Source: Chrysomallon squamiferum (taxonomy: Eukaryota; Animalia; Mollusca). Taken from it: DNA of 64,000 bases. The position numbers were made by a program, and so were the translations under genes. The stretch spans positions 9,052,001-9,116,000 of the forward strand of contig CM022665.1 in NCBI GenBank assembly GCA_012295275.1, written 5' to 3'. Below are positions 1 through 14,000 of this stretch, piece by piece. The first letter of the stretch is position 1, and every line of letters begins with the position of its first letter. Under the pieces are notes generated by a model that searched no databases, was not told the DNA's origin, and saw only the letters and a program-made list of their open reading frames with translations.

Positions 1-751
1 CTGTCTTGAAAATTAGGTTTTCAGATTAATTATTAATTTTAATGGCTCCAGAAAACTACAAGGTTTAAATGCAGAAAAGCTGAAGGTGATCTTGAAACAG
101 TACGTTTTTAATCTCTGTACGTTTTTAATTTTGGTTTTTACAGAAACAGTTCAGCAGTTGGTCCCAACAGTCATGTATTCGTGCTCTTCTGACACAATTA
201 ATCCTCGAGAGAACACAGCATCCTGATCTCAAGTTCTTGTATGGTCCCCATTTTCATAATTTTATTTAAAAACAGATTAATGTTAGTTGTACTTAAAACG
301 AGTACGTGGTTGTCAATAATGACATTGTTTTTCGGCAGTTTTGTTGAAAGAAACAAAATATCGGTATTATGTGTTTGTTTTTGTTTTTTTCTTTTTTTGT
401 ACCGCATATTCAAATCACCAAAAAACAAAAAATCTTGGTATTTTTTGGGTCAGAGAAATGTTCAAGCCATGTGTCGTGGGCCATACATTTTTAAGTTGGC
501 CAGAAGATTTTGTCCAAGACAGGAGATATTAATTATTTTCACTTTGATTCATTACGAAACACTTTGAGATTTGATTAACTGAATATGTTTGTCCACAGAA
601 TAAGTTATCTGATAGAATGTTTCTATAAATGGTTTTTCATTATTATTCTACTAAAACTGAATTGTATTGGGTTTAGGTACTACATGAGGTTGGTGTTTAT
701 TTAATTCATTCATTCATTTTCTGGTTGACATTCCATAAAATAAAGAAATGT

Positions 752-777
752 ATGTGTGTGTGTGTGTGTGTGTGTGT
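752..777. repeat. (TG)n microsatellite
   Basis: Uninterrupted TG dinucleotide run read directly. Confidence 0.9.
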
Positions 778-3611
778 TTGCGTGCATGTGAGACAGACAG
801 AGCAGTGTGAAATTCATATGGTCGCTACGCTAACTTTGCCTTTGGACATGTACTAAACTACGCTAATGATACGAGATGACCAAAAACAAGTATTTTGCCG
901 TAGTACCATTTCTTTCTTGTTAAAGAAGCTCTAATGTTTCATAGTTTCAGGCAACCGTCGTAACTAGGTCAACATTCACAAATAACATCATATGTAGGTC
1001 ACACATACTCCAGTGATCTTGCGGCTAAGTATGAAAACGTATTTTACGTTCCATTTGGATTAAATCAGGTTACAGTGTCAGTATTTCGTGTCCTTAGTAT
1101 TTCCTCTTTTTTTTAAAACTTTCTTCTTGTTTGTCTCTGCTTTATATCAGTTACAATAATAACAATAATAAATAAATAAATTAATTAATTAATTAATTAA
1201 TTAAAAACTGATTAACAAAAAGAACGAAATACAATCTTATTGTTAAATAATTGTGTTAAAAGATAGTTTTATTAAATTAAATTTTATAACCAAACACTAT
1301 TTAAATTTCAAATGTTAACTTTAGTACAACAAACATAAATCCTCTGCTCTGTTTTTATACACTTCATTTCTACACGTACCCTCTGTGACAGCTTCAGACT
1401 ATTGTGTTAATTTGAATGAAAAAAAAAGAATAATAATAATAAGTAAATAAATAAATAAAATAACATTAAATAAAACCTGTAGCTTAGACAAATTAAGCTA
1501 CATAAATGTATAAAGTCTTTAAAAAGATTTTCCAATAAAGAATTGTTCACCTTTTTTTGCATACCTGACAACCTGGTAGTCAAACGGAGAGTAATACGTT
1601 GATGAATAATGTACAGTATTTATTTTGGTTGCAGTTTTAACAAATAGCACTTGCAGCGTCTAGGTAAGGAATGTGTGTACATATATATATATATAAAGAT
1701 AATTAAAGGTATAAAAGTTTAATGCTTACATTAACTTAAGGAAATGAATACGGATCACACAGTAAAAATAAGCATGGTGGAAGACGTTACTTTCTTTCAT
1801 AATTAATTAAGTCAAATTTAAATGTTAATATTGACCTAAGCAAATGTTTATTAACCTTTCCATAGACATTAAAAATGTCCGTATTGCTAGATATAAAAAG
1901 AAAAAACAACTATTAACTATATTTATTAACTGCATTTTTAAATAAAATAATCAATGAATTTAAGAAATAATAAAAAATAAAAACTTAAAATGTTATGATG
2001 AAAATCAATAAACATATAGTTTTTAATCTATGCATTTGACTGACCTTTGAAATTCTCCGTAATCGCAATACATAAACATTGAATCAAATAAACATTTTCT
2101 TGATTTTTCTTGAACAATTTTTTTTGTTCTTCTTCATTCTTTCTTGCATTTCGTGTTACGTGTATTACCACTGGCGAATCATTAATTTTTAAAAATCCAA
2201 AAGGTCTTATTTTTTTTTTTTTTTTTTTTTTTTTTGCGAAAATAATCACTTGCATCTGCTAGAGGAATGAGATAAAAGAGAGTCGGTGCTTGTATACTCT
2301 ACAGATCCTAATTTAACTTTACGTTAACCTTTCACTGTTTCCTCTAAGTGCGAAATAACAAATTCAGGACAGACGTTTACATTACAACATTCGCTGATAT
2401 GTTTTATCAGTTTTGGTTTGCTTGTCATGGATGAACCAGCCGTTTTAAATATTTTAGCCGTCAATTGAAAACAAATCGTTTGCGTCCAAATCGTTTTGAA
2501 GAATATAGATAAGATTATATATTATAAGAAAATAATAATAATGTATATTTTATTTTCAGTACGTACGTTTTTCTTTATATCTTTGATCCTAAACGATTAT
2601 GTATTTTGGAATACTGGGTTTCAAAGGTTGTTTTATTAATTTTCCTGCGAGCATGTGCATAAAGCAAGTGTGCGTGTTGTGGGGCTGGTTATGTTATGTG
2701 ATGACTATTATATACAAAGGTACAAATATATTTAGAATGATCCTAATGTCTACAAGAAACGAACGTACACAAAGCACAGATTATTTTCTTCACCGTTAAG
2801 GGTAATACAGACTTGCTAATAACAAACAAGACTACAGTATCTACAACAAAGCTTTTAGTTAGACATAGCCAGTGGCTTCAGACATCCTCTCATCGTAATG
2901 GCATCTGTTGATTACATTTGTTAGACGGAGCCATAATGTCGAATGACTTACATTATCATACACGTAGGCTTTTATACTATTAAAACATATTGGTATTTAC
3001 AGATTATTAGCGGTAATTGTAGCAGCCTCAAATATCCCAATTTGCCCTCATACCTTAGGTGTGATACAGATGCCCAAAATATCGAGACTTCTTGGACAGT
3101 GATGTCCTATAAATTAAAGTTTTAGCTATAATATAAAAAGAAAGATATAAAACGCTACTGAGATTTCCGTTCGGATGTAGCGCAATTATCTGAAATGATA
3201 CGGAATTCATGATCGTTCCAGTCGTTCACCACGAAATATATTTATAAATACAAATGGTATTTTGTTTAATTGCATTACAATTATGCATTTGCACTATCCA
3301 TAGGTTTTAAAATTTTCTGGAAGAATTATTTTCACGATGAAAAATGTTTAGTATTTCTAGAAATGCTGTTTATAATGACTATAGTGAGTTTCTAAAAGAA
3401 ACAGAGTCAACTGAAAAACAACAGATTCTTATATGCTTCCTATTTTCCATCGAAACGGTATAACAAGAAAGCGATATATTACAGAACATAGAAGAAAAAC
3501 AAAATGAATCATGACTGAGAAACCGTCATGCAGATTCAGCTTTTGAAATGTGGTTAGTTCCTTTTAATCAAACTCTTTCTATATGTATATATGAGTTTCG
3601 TATCTGTATCT

Positions 3612-3614
<3 letters not shown>

Positions 3615-3656
<42 letters not shown>
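3615..3656. repeat. (TG)n microsatellite
   Basis: About 21 TG units read directly. Confidence 0.95.
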
Positions 3657-3659
<3 letters not shown>

Positions 3660-5019
3660 ATTGATCCTAGTTTGACATGTTACTTGTTCGAAAAGGTCAG
3701 ATGAATGATGGCTTTAACACAAAAAAAAGCTTATTTATTCTGATGTACTTTTTTCCCATTTCGATTTATTCCATTATTGCCCATTTTGTTTTCAATTATT
3801 AACATTTCAGTTTACAATTTTTTTGTTCTTTAAACTAACCATCATCTCGGTGCTTCTTTTTCATTACAGTTACACTGTCATTTATTCAGAATGATGTTCT
3901 GATCAAAATCTAGTTTACGCATTATCTGTGTTAATGCGATTTACTTGTTGCATAACTGAGGAATAATAATCAGTTGTTTTTTTGTTAAATAACAGTATTA
4001 AAACGTAGCTGGCTGAGAAAGAAAATTAGAACATTGTCACACAAATGAGACTCTAGTAATACTGACAACGTAATTCCTTGAATTCTTTCAGCAGATTTCA
4101 CAATTAAGAATAATTCCAATACGTTTAGAATGCACTTTTAATATACATACCAAATGTAATTTGTAGGCTATACCTTTTTTTAATATTATTATACCTTGAT
4201 GTCTTATCTTTTTTTAATAATAAAGCTAATGATAAAATAATTTTAAAAAATGTTCAAGGCTGATATCCCTAATTTATGTCAAAGTACCAGTGGTTTAAAC
4301 GTTAAGAAGCTGAATATACATGGGAATATTTCTTACTGTATAGGTTTATAAGGGGTATTTAGTCCATTTATTTTTATAAAAATAAACTTTAAGTTTATAG
4401 CGTAAGAGAACTATTTTTTCTTGTAGTTTCAAATGGGTTTACTTGCAATTCATTTGTTTTATTACAATTTCCCCAGTAATATTTACAATTTAAAATATTT
4501 TTTTTTTTTTTTGTGTTTTTTTTTTTTTTTCTAATTCTGAAATGTTATTTATTTTAGTTTCTGATGCTGCTGCTGTTGTTGCTGTGTTATGGTACTGTTG
4601 TTAATGCTCATCTATAGAACATATGAGTATTTCAAAGACATGACGTTAACGAAGATCGACACAAGAATTATAGATTTTCAAACGTTCAAAGTGAAGGGTC
4701 TTTGTTGATCGAACGCAATCGGCACACAATTAATAATCATCTACGCAGAGTGTATTTTTTTAGTTGAAACTACGACCACCCACGTGCTGACCCTCAAATA
4801 CCATTTCAATTTCAGCAAGAGCCGGCTGCACTTAAGTGCTTGTTACGCAGTAATCAATCGTTCTGTTGTCGCAATACCGCTTTGTGTTTAATGGCAGTGA
4901 TAGAAAAGAAAGTTGATTGGTCTAGTCGCTCTGTGCCTCTCAGAATGGTAGCGGGTCACGGAGGTGCAGCCATAGAGTTTGAGAGTGGATAGACAGAATT
5001 GTATGTTCAGTATTTCAAT

Positions 5020-5570
5020 GGTAACCAGTAAAAGCTAGCTGTGCGTATTCTGTAATATCTCACAAATAATCAGTAGAGTTAATTGTGCCTATTCTGCAGT
5101 ATCTCACAAGCAGTCAATAAGAGCTGTACGTAATCTACAGTATTTTATATAAATGAAAGCAAGATGTGCGTATTCTACAGTTATTCACCTGCAATTAATA
5201 AAAAGTTAACTGTGCGTATTCTGCTATATGTTGTATGTAATCAGTAAGAATTAGCTGTGCGATTTCTACAGTAACTTACTAGTAACCAGTGAGAGTTAGC
5301 TGTGCGTATTCTACAATAACTAACGTGTAATAATTAAAGCTAGCCATGTGCATTCTACAGTATCTCATACATAATCAGTGAAAATTAGCTGTGCGTATTC
5401 TACCATGTCCCACTTCTAATTAGTAAGAACCAAACTTGCGCATTCTATAACTCTTAAGTAATCAGTAAGAGCTAGCTATACCTCAATACCTCATTCATAA
5501 CCAGTAAGAACTGTACGTAATACCTCAGTGGTAGTACAAGCTACAACATCTCACTGATAATCAGTAACAG
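5020..5570. repeat. Degenerate minisatellite, unit about 45 bp, roughly 12 copies
   Basis: Recurring core AGCTGTGCGTATTCTACAGTA...TAATCAGTAAGAG at about 45-bp spacing (e.g. near 5037, 5164, 5209, 5254, 5298, 5387). Ends are approximate. Confidence 0.85.
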
Positions 5571-8500
5571 TTCACTTGCAAACCTGTGTGATATGGTGTG
5601 TGTATGTGTGTGTTAATCTTAAGCATATGCAATTTCGATATGGCAACTAACCCGATGTCAATGAACCGCAGAGCTCTGTCATCCATGTTGTTGCCGTAAC
5701 CTCTGTATGACGTACAAGTTGTTGATGTCGTTCTTAGTTGCTGAACGACATAAGCGTAAATAAAGTTCTGTTCTGGTAATGTTATGCATAATTCCCCACA
5801 ACATGGCTTATCAATTAGTTCTGTGACACGTTAATGAACTGTCTTTTGTTCCGATGTTTGAGTGAACTTGCAGACGTACCCGAGGCTGTTAGCAATCATT
5901 TGCTTGTCACAACAACAGCCAGCGTGTTGTATGAGGTTCGTCAAATATTTATATACAACCATCTGATTAAAAATAATTGATTTCAAAAACGTGTGGATAA
6001 ACAGTATTTGATTTCCAAGCAAGCTGATGTTAGTAAATCAAATCTATAACATTTTTAATTTTAATGTGAAGGGGATTAAGCCACGCTTGCATTTTGAACG
6101 TAAACTAATTAATTTAAAAAAAAAAAAAAATAATAAAAATAAAACAATTTCGAAATGTAGTCTCTGTCTAATTATATTTTTATAATTATATTTATCAAAT
6201 AAAGACTGGAGGAAAAATTGTTATCTTTGTAAAATACGGTTAAGTAGGCCTAATTTTAAAGGAATCTAAAAACTTGTTTTGAACAATTTTAGGTTTTTAA
6301 AGTCAGTTCCAACTATACATTTTACAATGTATACCTAATTATTTTCTAAGTACGGATAAATTAAACCTTTCTTTTAGTAAAATAAAAAATTATTTTATCA
6401 AATTTTAAATAATATATATATATATATTTTTTTTTTGTACAAAGACAAACTTTAATTTATCAGTATTTTAAAATTTTATCATTAGCAGAAGATTTTTGAC
6501 TGTACATTTTGTAAAACTATAACGTTGCAAAGGATTTTAGAAAAATTATGAATTAAGCAAAATATTATTATTATTATTATTATCTGCGACAAAAATAATA
6601 ATAGTAGTAGTAGTGGTAGTAATAATAATAATAAGGAGAAGAACATATAAAAGTTTCAGTGTTATCATTATTATTATTTAAAAAGAAATGATACTCGCAG
6701 GTGGATACAAGTTCGCACTATCTAAGTACTAAGGTATGTAGGTCAGAACATTTGGTAAAACGTGTAAAGATTTTAAAACATTTAAATAAACTGTTCGATC
6801 GATGAAACCATTAACGTCAGTCGGACCTATTTAATTAGACAAGCGGTGTTTCTCATCAAAATTTCTTATTTAATTTCTAAGCATGTGTTTCATTAACCTA
6901 GATGATCGCCAATATATTTTGAATTTTATGTCATTGTATAATTCAATCAAAAAAAAAGAAGAAAAAAAGTCTTTCGATTTATTCAATGTGATATTGAGTA
7001 ACTGTAGGATTGTGTGTATTGTTTAAAAGAAATACACAATAAAATAAAAATTTCTAAAGTTAACCTTTTTGTTTATCGTAGTCATTGTAAATCATCTGAT
7101 GAAAATCGTGTTTATATTTCTTCAACCATAGAAAATGGTGCAATATACAGCCAATTATAGTTTATAGTATAATGAAGACGTAGTTACTGTAAGATGGGAA
7201 GACGAACGAACAAAGACATTAGTATTAATGAGTTCTGTTTGTAGCGTGTGGTTTACCCATCCATCAGAAAAACGAGAACCTCCCATACAACGTCTGCCAG
7301 ATTAACTGAAGACATTTCAAAGCACGTGTTACTTATATAATTTTTGTTATTCTTAATGAATCATCAATCTAGATAACGTTATTTTAACAGTTTTTAGGTT
7401 TATCAGCTACTTGGCAGTTTTATCATTTTGCACTTGTGACTTCAAGAAAAAAATATTTGAGAAATGAAAAAAGAGAGAAGATAAAAAAAAAAGATAAAAA
7501 AAAAAAAAAAAAAGAAAGAAAATAAAACAAAGGAAAAACATTGAAATAAAATGAAAGAATATATTAGTATAATAAATATATATATATTTTAATTAAATAT
7601 TATACTTATTCTTATTCCAAATGGTTTCTCTTCGACCGTCACTCTTATAACAGGAAATGAAAATAATTACTGTGTTAAGGATTTCGATTTGGCAGTTCTC
7701 ACCAAGTTACATGTGTACGGTATGTGGTCGGTTCATGTCAGATGCAGGTTAAAAAAAAAAAAAAAAAAAAATGAAACAGAAAAGCAATACTGAGCAATTA
7801 GAGTCAAAATGAAATCTAAGGCTGTGGTGAAAAGCTGAAGGAAGCATGAAGCACGATGGCTAATTTAATCTCTGCTAGAAATTTAAGATCGGTGTTATTT
7901 CGATTGATAAAAAGATTGTTTCATTTGTTAAATAATATATTGTAATACTATATTTAATATATATTTTGTGTATATATGCGACCATGTATGTGCATATATG
8001 TACAATGATATATGATTAAAAGAAATTTCTCTACTGGTAAACGTTGGTTTAGATTTTTGTATATTAAAATTTAACAAATATTCAACTGAAATGCAATGGG
8101 ATGTATTTACTGACTTGATATTTGTACAGTAGTTTCTACCTTTGATGTATATTAAAGATACAGTCAATAACAAATATGTATCACAAAACCTACACGAAAT
8201 GGTAATCAGTTAAAAGTACGCAAATATTATAAAGTTAGTGAACGATATACATATAAATATAAATTATATTAATTAATTATTTTATTGATCCTGCAATTCT
8301 GAATATCTTACCATGAAATAGATAATGTTTAGTAAATTTTCCGTAAAAAAAAAAAAAAAAAAAGATGGATTCACCGGTACCTTTTCTAAGAATTCTCCTA
8401 CAAGAAATATTTTTTGTCGTTTATATTTCATTTTTCATTAACATAAACAATTACACATTGTTCTTCATTAAGTATCTTTATTTGTTTAATCTTAGAAAGA

Positions 8501-10833
8501 TCATCTTTAACTCTCTTTTGTACTATATTAAAATTTAAAAAAACACAAAGCCCAGTCTTTGTAATATTTGCCAGAACTTTAAGTAAAATGTACCATTCAC
8601 GTAATGCTTTTCTAATTAATATAAATGAATAAAGATTTTGATTTAATTAAAAATAATTACTTTATGCATTTTCTTCGAACTAATGTGTATGTGATAAAGG
8701 TCACTTGTGGTTTCCGGTTAACGTCAACTTCCTCGTAATAAATTGTGTGCCACAATTTAGTTTTTGTTTGTATGTTACTGTGTGAGATTTTAAAAATAAA
8801 AATTTATTTATTTATTTATTTATTTTTAAGAAAAACTAAAGGAAGAGAAAGTATTCCAGTAAAAATAATTTGAAGATGAAGTAATTTATGCTGTATTTGA
8901 AAACGGCGGAGTTTCTGTATATCTTGATACTCGAAATCTCATGAGAATAATATGCCAGCTTTATTAAAATAAGTTATATTATTAGGGTTTAGATTTATTT
9001 TCCAATAGCGTTATTATTATTATTATTATTTAGACATTATTTTATTAATTTGTTTCCATCAGCTGGTTTATTTCATAGGACAAATATTTTAAATTTTATT
9101 TGTAAATGAATTATATATTAATTTTTTCATTTAATCAGCAGTTTACCACATATACAAAAAAAAACAGAACATTTTTCTGGAAAGACTGGAAGCAAATATA
9201 AAAAACATAATTGTTCTATTTTGAATAAAACCAGCGAACGTTTTAAATGATAACAGTACATCATTCTTTCTAAACCACGATGTTTAACGATATCCACTGT
9301 TGACCTTTATATTTCATTATAGGATTATTTGTTTTGTATCTTTGAAAAAAAAAATCTTCCGTGATTTCATTGACTGGGTTTACTTAGTTCTAATAGTTTA
9401 ATTTCAGTTTAGCTTTATCAAGTCGGCACGTTCACAGTAATATGTCTTACGCAATTGATTTCTTTGTTTCGTGTTCTAGTAACCTTCTTTTTAGAATAAT
9501 CCAACGACGCGTGAGGTATTGTATATTAAAACATAAGTCAGAAAAATACTAGAACGATTGTATTAAATCAGAATTAGCTGAATGCCCTCAACGAAGACCT
9601 TTGAAAAGAATTGATTAGAGAAGGGAAGTAAGTGAAAAGATAATTGTTTTGTCAGTTCTGTGACAAGTGCTCAGGGGAAAACAGACAATCAGTTAATTTA
9701 TTCCCAAAGAACATGTAAGAAACAATAATATATTATTTGAAAAGAAAGAAGAAGAAGAAAATTTTCTAATTCATTCTTTAGCATGTTATCATCAATGCCA
9801 TAACGTAAGCATTTCACATGAAAAACAAGATTTAACGAAAGGTCTGTAATGAAATAAAACTTGGAGATATTGTTCATGTAATCACTGCAAAATTAATATA
9901 AACTGGATTATGTAAAAGATCTACAGTAAAAAAGAAGGAAAACGAAAACCGAATAGAGAAAAAAAAAAAAAAGGATTCTTAGCACCAGAAATGTTTAAAA
10001 AAAAGCAAGCATGCCTCAGTTATGAACATAAATATGGTTATACACATAAACTGACTGCTTTATTTGCCAATTAAATATTATTTTCTAAATCGCACAAGAC
10101 CGTCACAAGAATGGAGCTGAATATGTCGCGGGAACATTTAAACCTAATGGAACTTAGGCAAACAGTTAAATTATACGCTCATAATCATTTATACAGTGTA
10201 TTTTTTTCTGGCACAATACTTCATTAGTCAGATGAATATTTTCTTTGTCAGCTGTGAATGATTTGCGTAGTGTTTTCGCTCTCAAGTCGTTGACCACAAA
10301 CAGAAATTACTAACAAATGTCACTGGGAACCAGACCATGGCAGAAAAACAGGAAATTAGAGAGTCTCTTTTTAAATGTCTGTTCTGTTTAGTTCTTTTGA
10401 TATTTTTAGTTGTGTTCCCTCTGATCACGTAGCTGACTGAAAGGGCATATATTAACTCGAGTACTCGATCCTCGAAAATGTGGACGAAGACAAGACATTC
10501 TCCATCTAATGAGCTGAGCATATTTTATAAGTTACAGTTAGTCAAATAAAAATGTACTGCGATGATTTCAAGCACATTTACATAATTTTAGTATAAGAAA
10601 AGGAGAGAAAGAAAGAGAGAGAGAGAGAAAGAGGGGAAACAAAAAGCACTTCGACTTCCATATTCTTCTTTGCCTCTTGAAAGCTACTAACGTTTTCATA
10701 GTTCTGCAGTCGATTCTCGTTTTTATGTAATACGATTGCTGCATAGCTTAGAAAAAACATGGAGCGAAGATCACCATATAAAGCAATGATGGTAAAGAGA
10801 ATTAGAGATATATCTGCAGTGGTCATGTTGAAG

Positions 10834-11054
10834 CTACTTTCCATCAGGTATAATCGATCTTTTTTTGATGCGGAAGCTATGTCTGACGCCTGATGGGGAT
10901 TCCTTACAATATTGTATAAGTTCTCTATAACCGCACTGGTGGTAGCAACATTCACATGTTATGCCTTGCTGGCCATAACTTGTTCCCCTTTTAGTCAGAT
11001 AGGATAAAGCACCTTTCTTCTTAATTATTATATCCTTTAACGGGTTATTTCCAT
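10834..11054 (-). CDS. Molluscan insulin-related peptide precursor, last coding exon (C-peptide remainder, A chain, C-terminal extension)
   Basis: Pyrimidine-rich acceptor (ttttcttttcag) ends at 11055 on the minus strand. The phase-1 join gives (N)GNNPLKDIIIKKKGALSYLT-KR-GTSYGQQGITCECCYHQCGYRELIQYC-KESPSGVRHSFRI-KKR-SIIPDGK*, containing the insulin A-chain motif C-x-CC-x3-C-x8-C. TAG at 10836-10834. Confidence 0.95.
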
Positions 11055-14000
11055 CTGAAAAGAAAAAAACTGAATAAGTTTAAATTGTTTTACGGGCAAT
11101 AAATAAAATGATTTCTTATATATTAATTTTTACTTCAGCTGAATCTAAACCTATGGTTTGTAAAAAAATGAAATCTAAATAAAAATATTTAAAAACAACA
11201 ACATTTGACTGAAATCTCAGTAATGAATAAAAGAAGTCAGGAAACATCTTCAGTAGGTGAAATAAAAAATAAAAATAAAAAGTTTAAACTGTCAGAAAGA
11301 AATGAATGTCGTCGACGTCTTAATTTTGTTCCTTATGTTAGTCATAAACTGTTTCAGAACTTCTTTATATAAAACGATCTAGCTTAGAGACGTTCGTTAT
11401 TTTTATTTAAAACCTGTGGTAAAAAGTTGATTTGATTATGGTAATATTTATCTTGAATATCTATTTTAAAAAGTAACAGAATTCAACTGATATATTTACA
11501 TCTGTGAGTTGTTATTTATATCTAAGTCCGTACCAGGATAACTTCGATAACACATCTACAAAGCTTTACACAATTGTATATAACCGAATACACTGATGTC
11601 TACATATACAGGAATGTAGAAATTCAAAAATGAAACGGATACTCATAAAGAAGATAATATAACGAAAAAGTTTATTTAAACGTTACCATAAATTACAAAC
11701 ATTGTTTAAAATATACTTATTCACTTGTATATATTTCCTGTAACACAATTTACAGTGATTTTTTAATGTTTTACAACAGTTCATAATACCTTCCTAGAAT
11801 AATTCAAATGTGTTCATTCAGTAATCTGTAATTCAAACTGATATGTACTATATTACAAGTCACATTTAATTTTATTAAACACTATTGTTTGAATGCTGTT
11901 AGTTTGTGCTTTTAATGAAATTATCATTTCACGCTTTGTAGATGATGGCCTATGGAAGGCATATCTACAAATAGAGTTAGCTGGCGGACGGGGACATATT
12001 TGGTTGGTAAATCTTATTCTACATATGTTTTTAGAATTAAGATCTGAGCTAAGATATCGGTCTTGCGTGATGATTACATTAGGCTGCAAGTCCATTATCA
12101 TGTCGCAAAAATTTGACTTCGATGAAGATTAAAAAATGGAACAATTTTTTCGCTGAGCATACCATGATTTGGACAATAATGATGTTTTACTTTTTATTCC
12201 CATATAAAACATCTGATAAACTCCAGAAGATCGAGCTCTGCTTTACACTCAGTCTTACGTCATTCCAGGTGATCAATGCAATCTCGACTAAATCGTGATT
12301 TTAAGCCCAGTGGAATCGAGTTTGGCTGTGTCAGAACGGTTCATCTTGGTGGAAGCCTATTTCAAAGGTTAGGAATTCTCTGACAGCTAATATGCCTCTT
12401 TTTATTACTAGTGACGTTTTACTGGTGGAATAGGCGCAACAAATATGCAGGTCTTGTTTTGCCGTGGTCGTTCGTTGCATGGTCTATCATTTGTAATTCC
12501 AGTGACAATAAAACGTTCTTCTAGTCAATAAATTGTTGACTGATGCACATTATAAGTGTGCTTAGTGAAATCTGGCCTAAGTCAACCAATTAATCGTCGA
12601 ACTGCCTTTTCACTTTCGACAAATGTTAATACTGGCATGTTGGAGCGATTAGATTTTCATTTATTCATGTTCACTCAATGAATAATGTGCATCAGTAATA
12701 AACGTTGATATACAAGCCAAAGATATGTGCATGGTGAAATGACATTCAATATCTGGGTTTGTATTACAACGATTACATATTTTAGAAGAAGAAAAAAATA
12801 CATGTACGTGTGAGTGTATGTGTGTGTCTGTATATACTGCTTTATATGTGTGTGTCCACATACACACACGCACACATCGAGAGATAGAGAGGTAGAGAGA
12901 GAGCTGGATTTTACACACCAAGTCAACTCTGTTAGCTTTATTCAATCTTCACAGAAACGATTTGAGTTGAAGAAGAATACAGATGTGCAAAAACTTAATT
13001 AACAGATATTATATCTAATAATAATGCGTTTTATTCCTTCTAGAAAATTACGCCATGGAGGCCTGGGCCACTGAACCTAAATTTGTTACTGATCTAGTAT
13101 TATAAACATACCCTGAGTGGACTGTAAGAGTTTTCTTGGACTTAAGCAATAGAATTTAAAACAGTATCCTCGGATTGAAAATCCAGGGCTGTATCAACGG
13201 ATTTTATGGTAATTACCGAAAGCTAGTACTAACATTTTTATACATCTTATACATTTTACCTATCAATTCTACATAATTACAATACAATTATTTGCATTTC
13301 TTCCGAATCAGATGCTCTTTGTATAAAATGGAACAATTTTGTACAAAAGCCACATTATACGGGCTCGTGTTCCAGCTGTACGACAACAGCGCGTAATGAG
13401 TAAATAAATATATCTGAAATGGATATAAGAGATCTGTGCAAACTTTCAATTTCTCATTTGTTTCAATAACTCCAGTCAGTATTATGTACGGAATAGTACT
13501 ACAGGTATTTAAATGTCATATACATGAACCGTATTCCCCCAACGTCTTCTCAAGATTAGGAAATTGCAAATGCTTCAATGACCATAAATTTTCTTATTTT
13601 CTAAATATCAAGTTGGCGTGGGTTTTTGTTTTTTGTTTTTTTTATATTTGGTTTTTTTCTGCAAACATTTATTTCAAATGTTAATTTATTAAGGATTACA
13701 TAGTGCATGCGGAATAAATCAGCATTAGAACGTATTGATTAGAATATACAATTTTTTCTTAAACCGTACGTTTCAATTTAGTGAAGTATATTGACAGTAT
13801 TATGTATCTGGTTTTTTTTTTTTTTTTTTTTTTTTTTACATTCGCGTTTGTTTTAAGTTAGTACATATCGGAAATTATGATTAAAACCAGAAAAATCTGA
13901 TGTTAATGAACACAGATCTTCATGGTTATTAAAGGGTACTTTTGTTACAAAACAAATCCTAACTAAAATATTTTTTAAAGAATTTTAAACTTTATAATAG

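Noticed and set aside
5831-6022. Cys-containing ORF (AGCCCDKQ...VC) as a second insulin A chain
   Set aside because: It lacks the CC-x3-C-x8-C spacing and a preceding dibasic site.
10578-10955. 125-aa minus-strand ORF from the track as an independent gene
   Set aside because: It is an off-frame reading of the insulin A-chain exon and its 3' UTR, starts at a non-ATG codon and runs into a simple repeat.
12523-12561. Two adjacent imperfect palindromes (AGTCAATAAATTGTTGACT and GCACATTATAAGTGTGC) as a Helitron end or miRNA
   Set aside because: The stems are too short for a pre-miRNA, and the CTRR terminus and A/T target context of a Helitron are not properly met.
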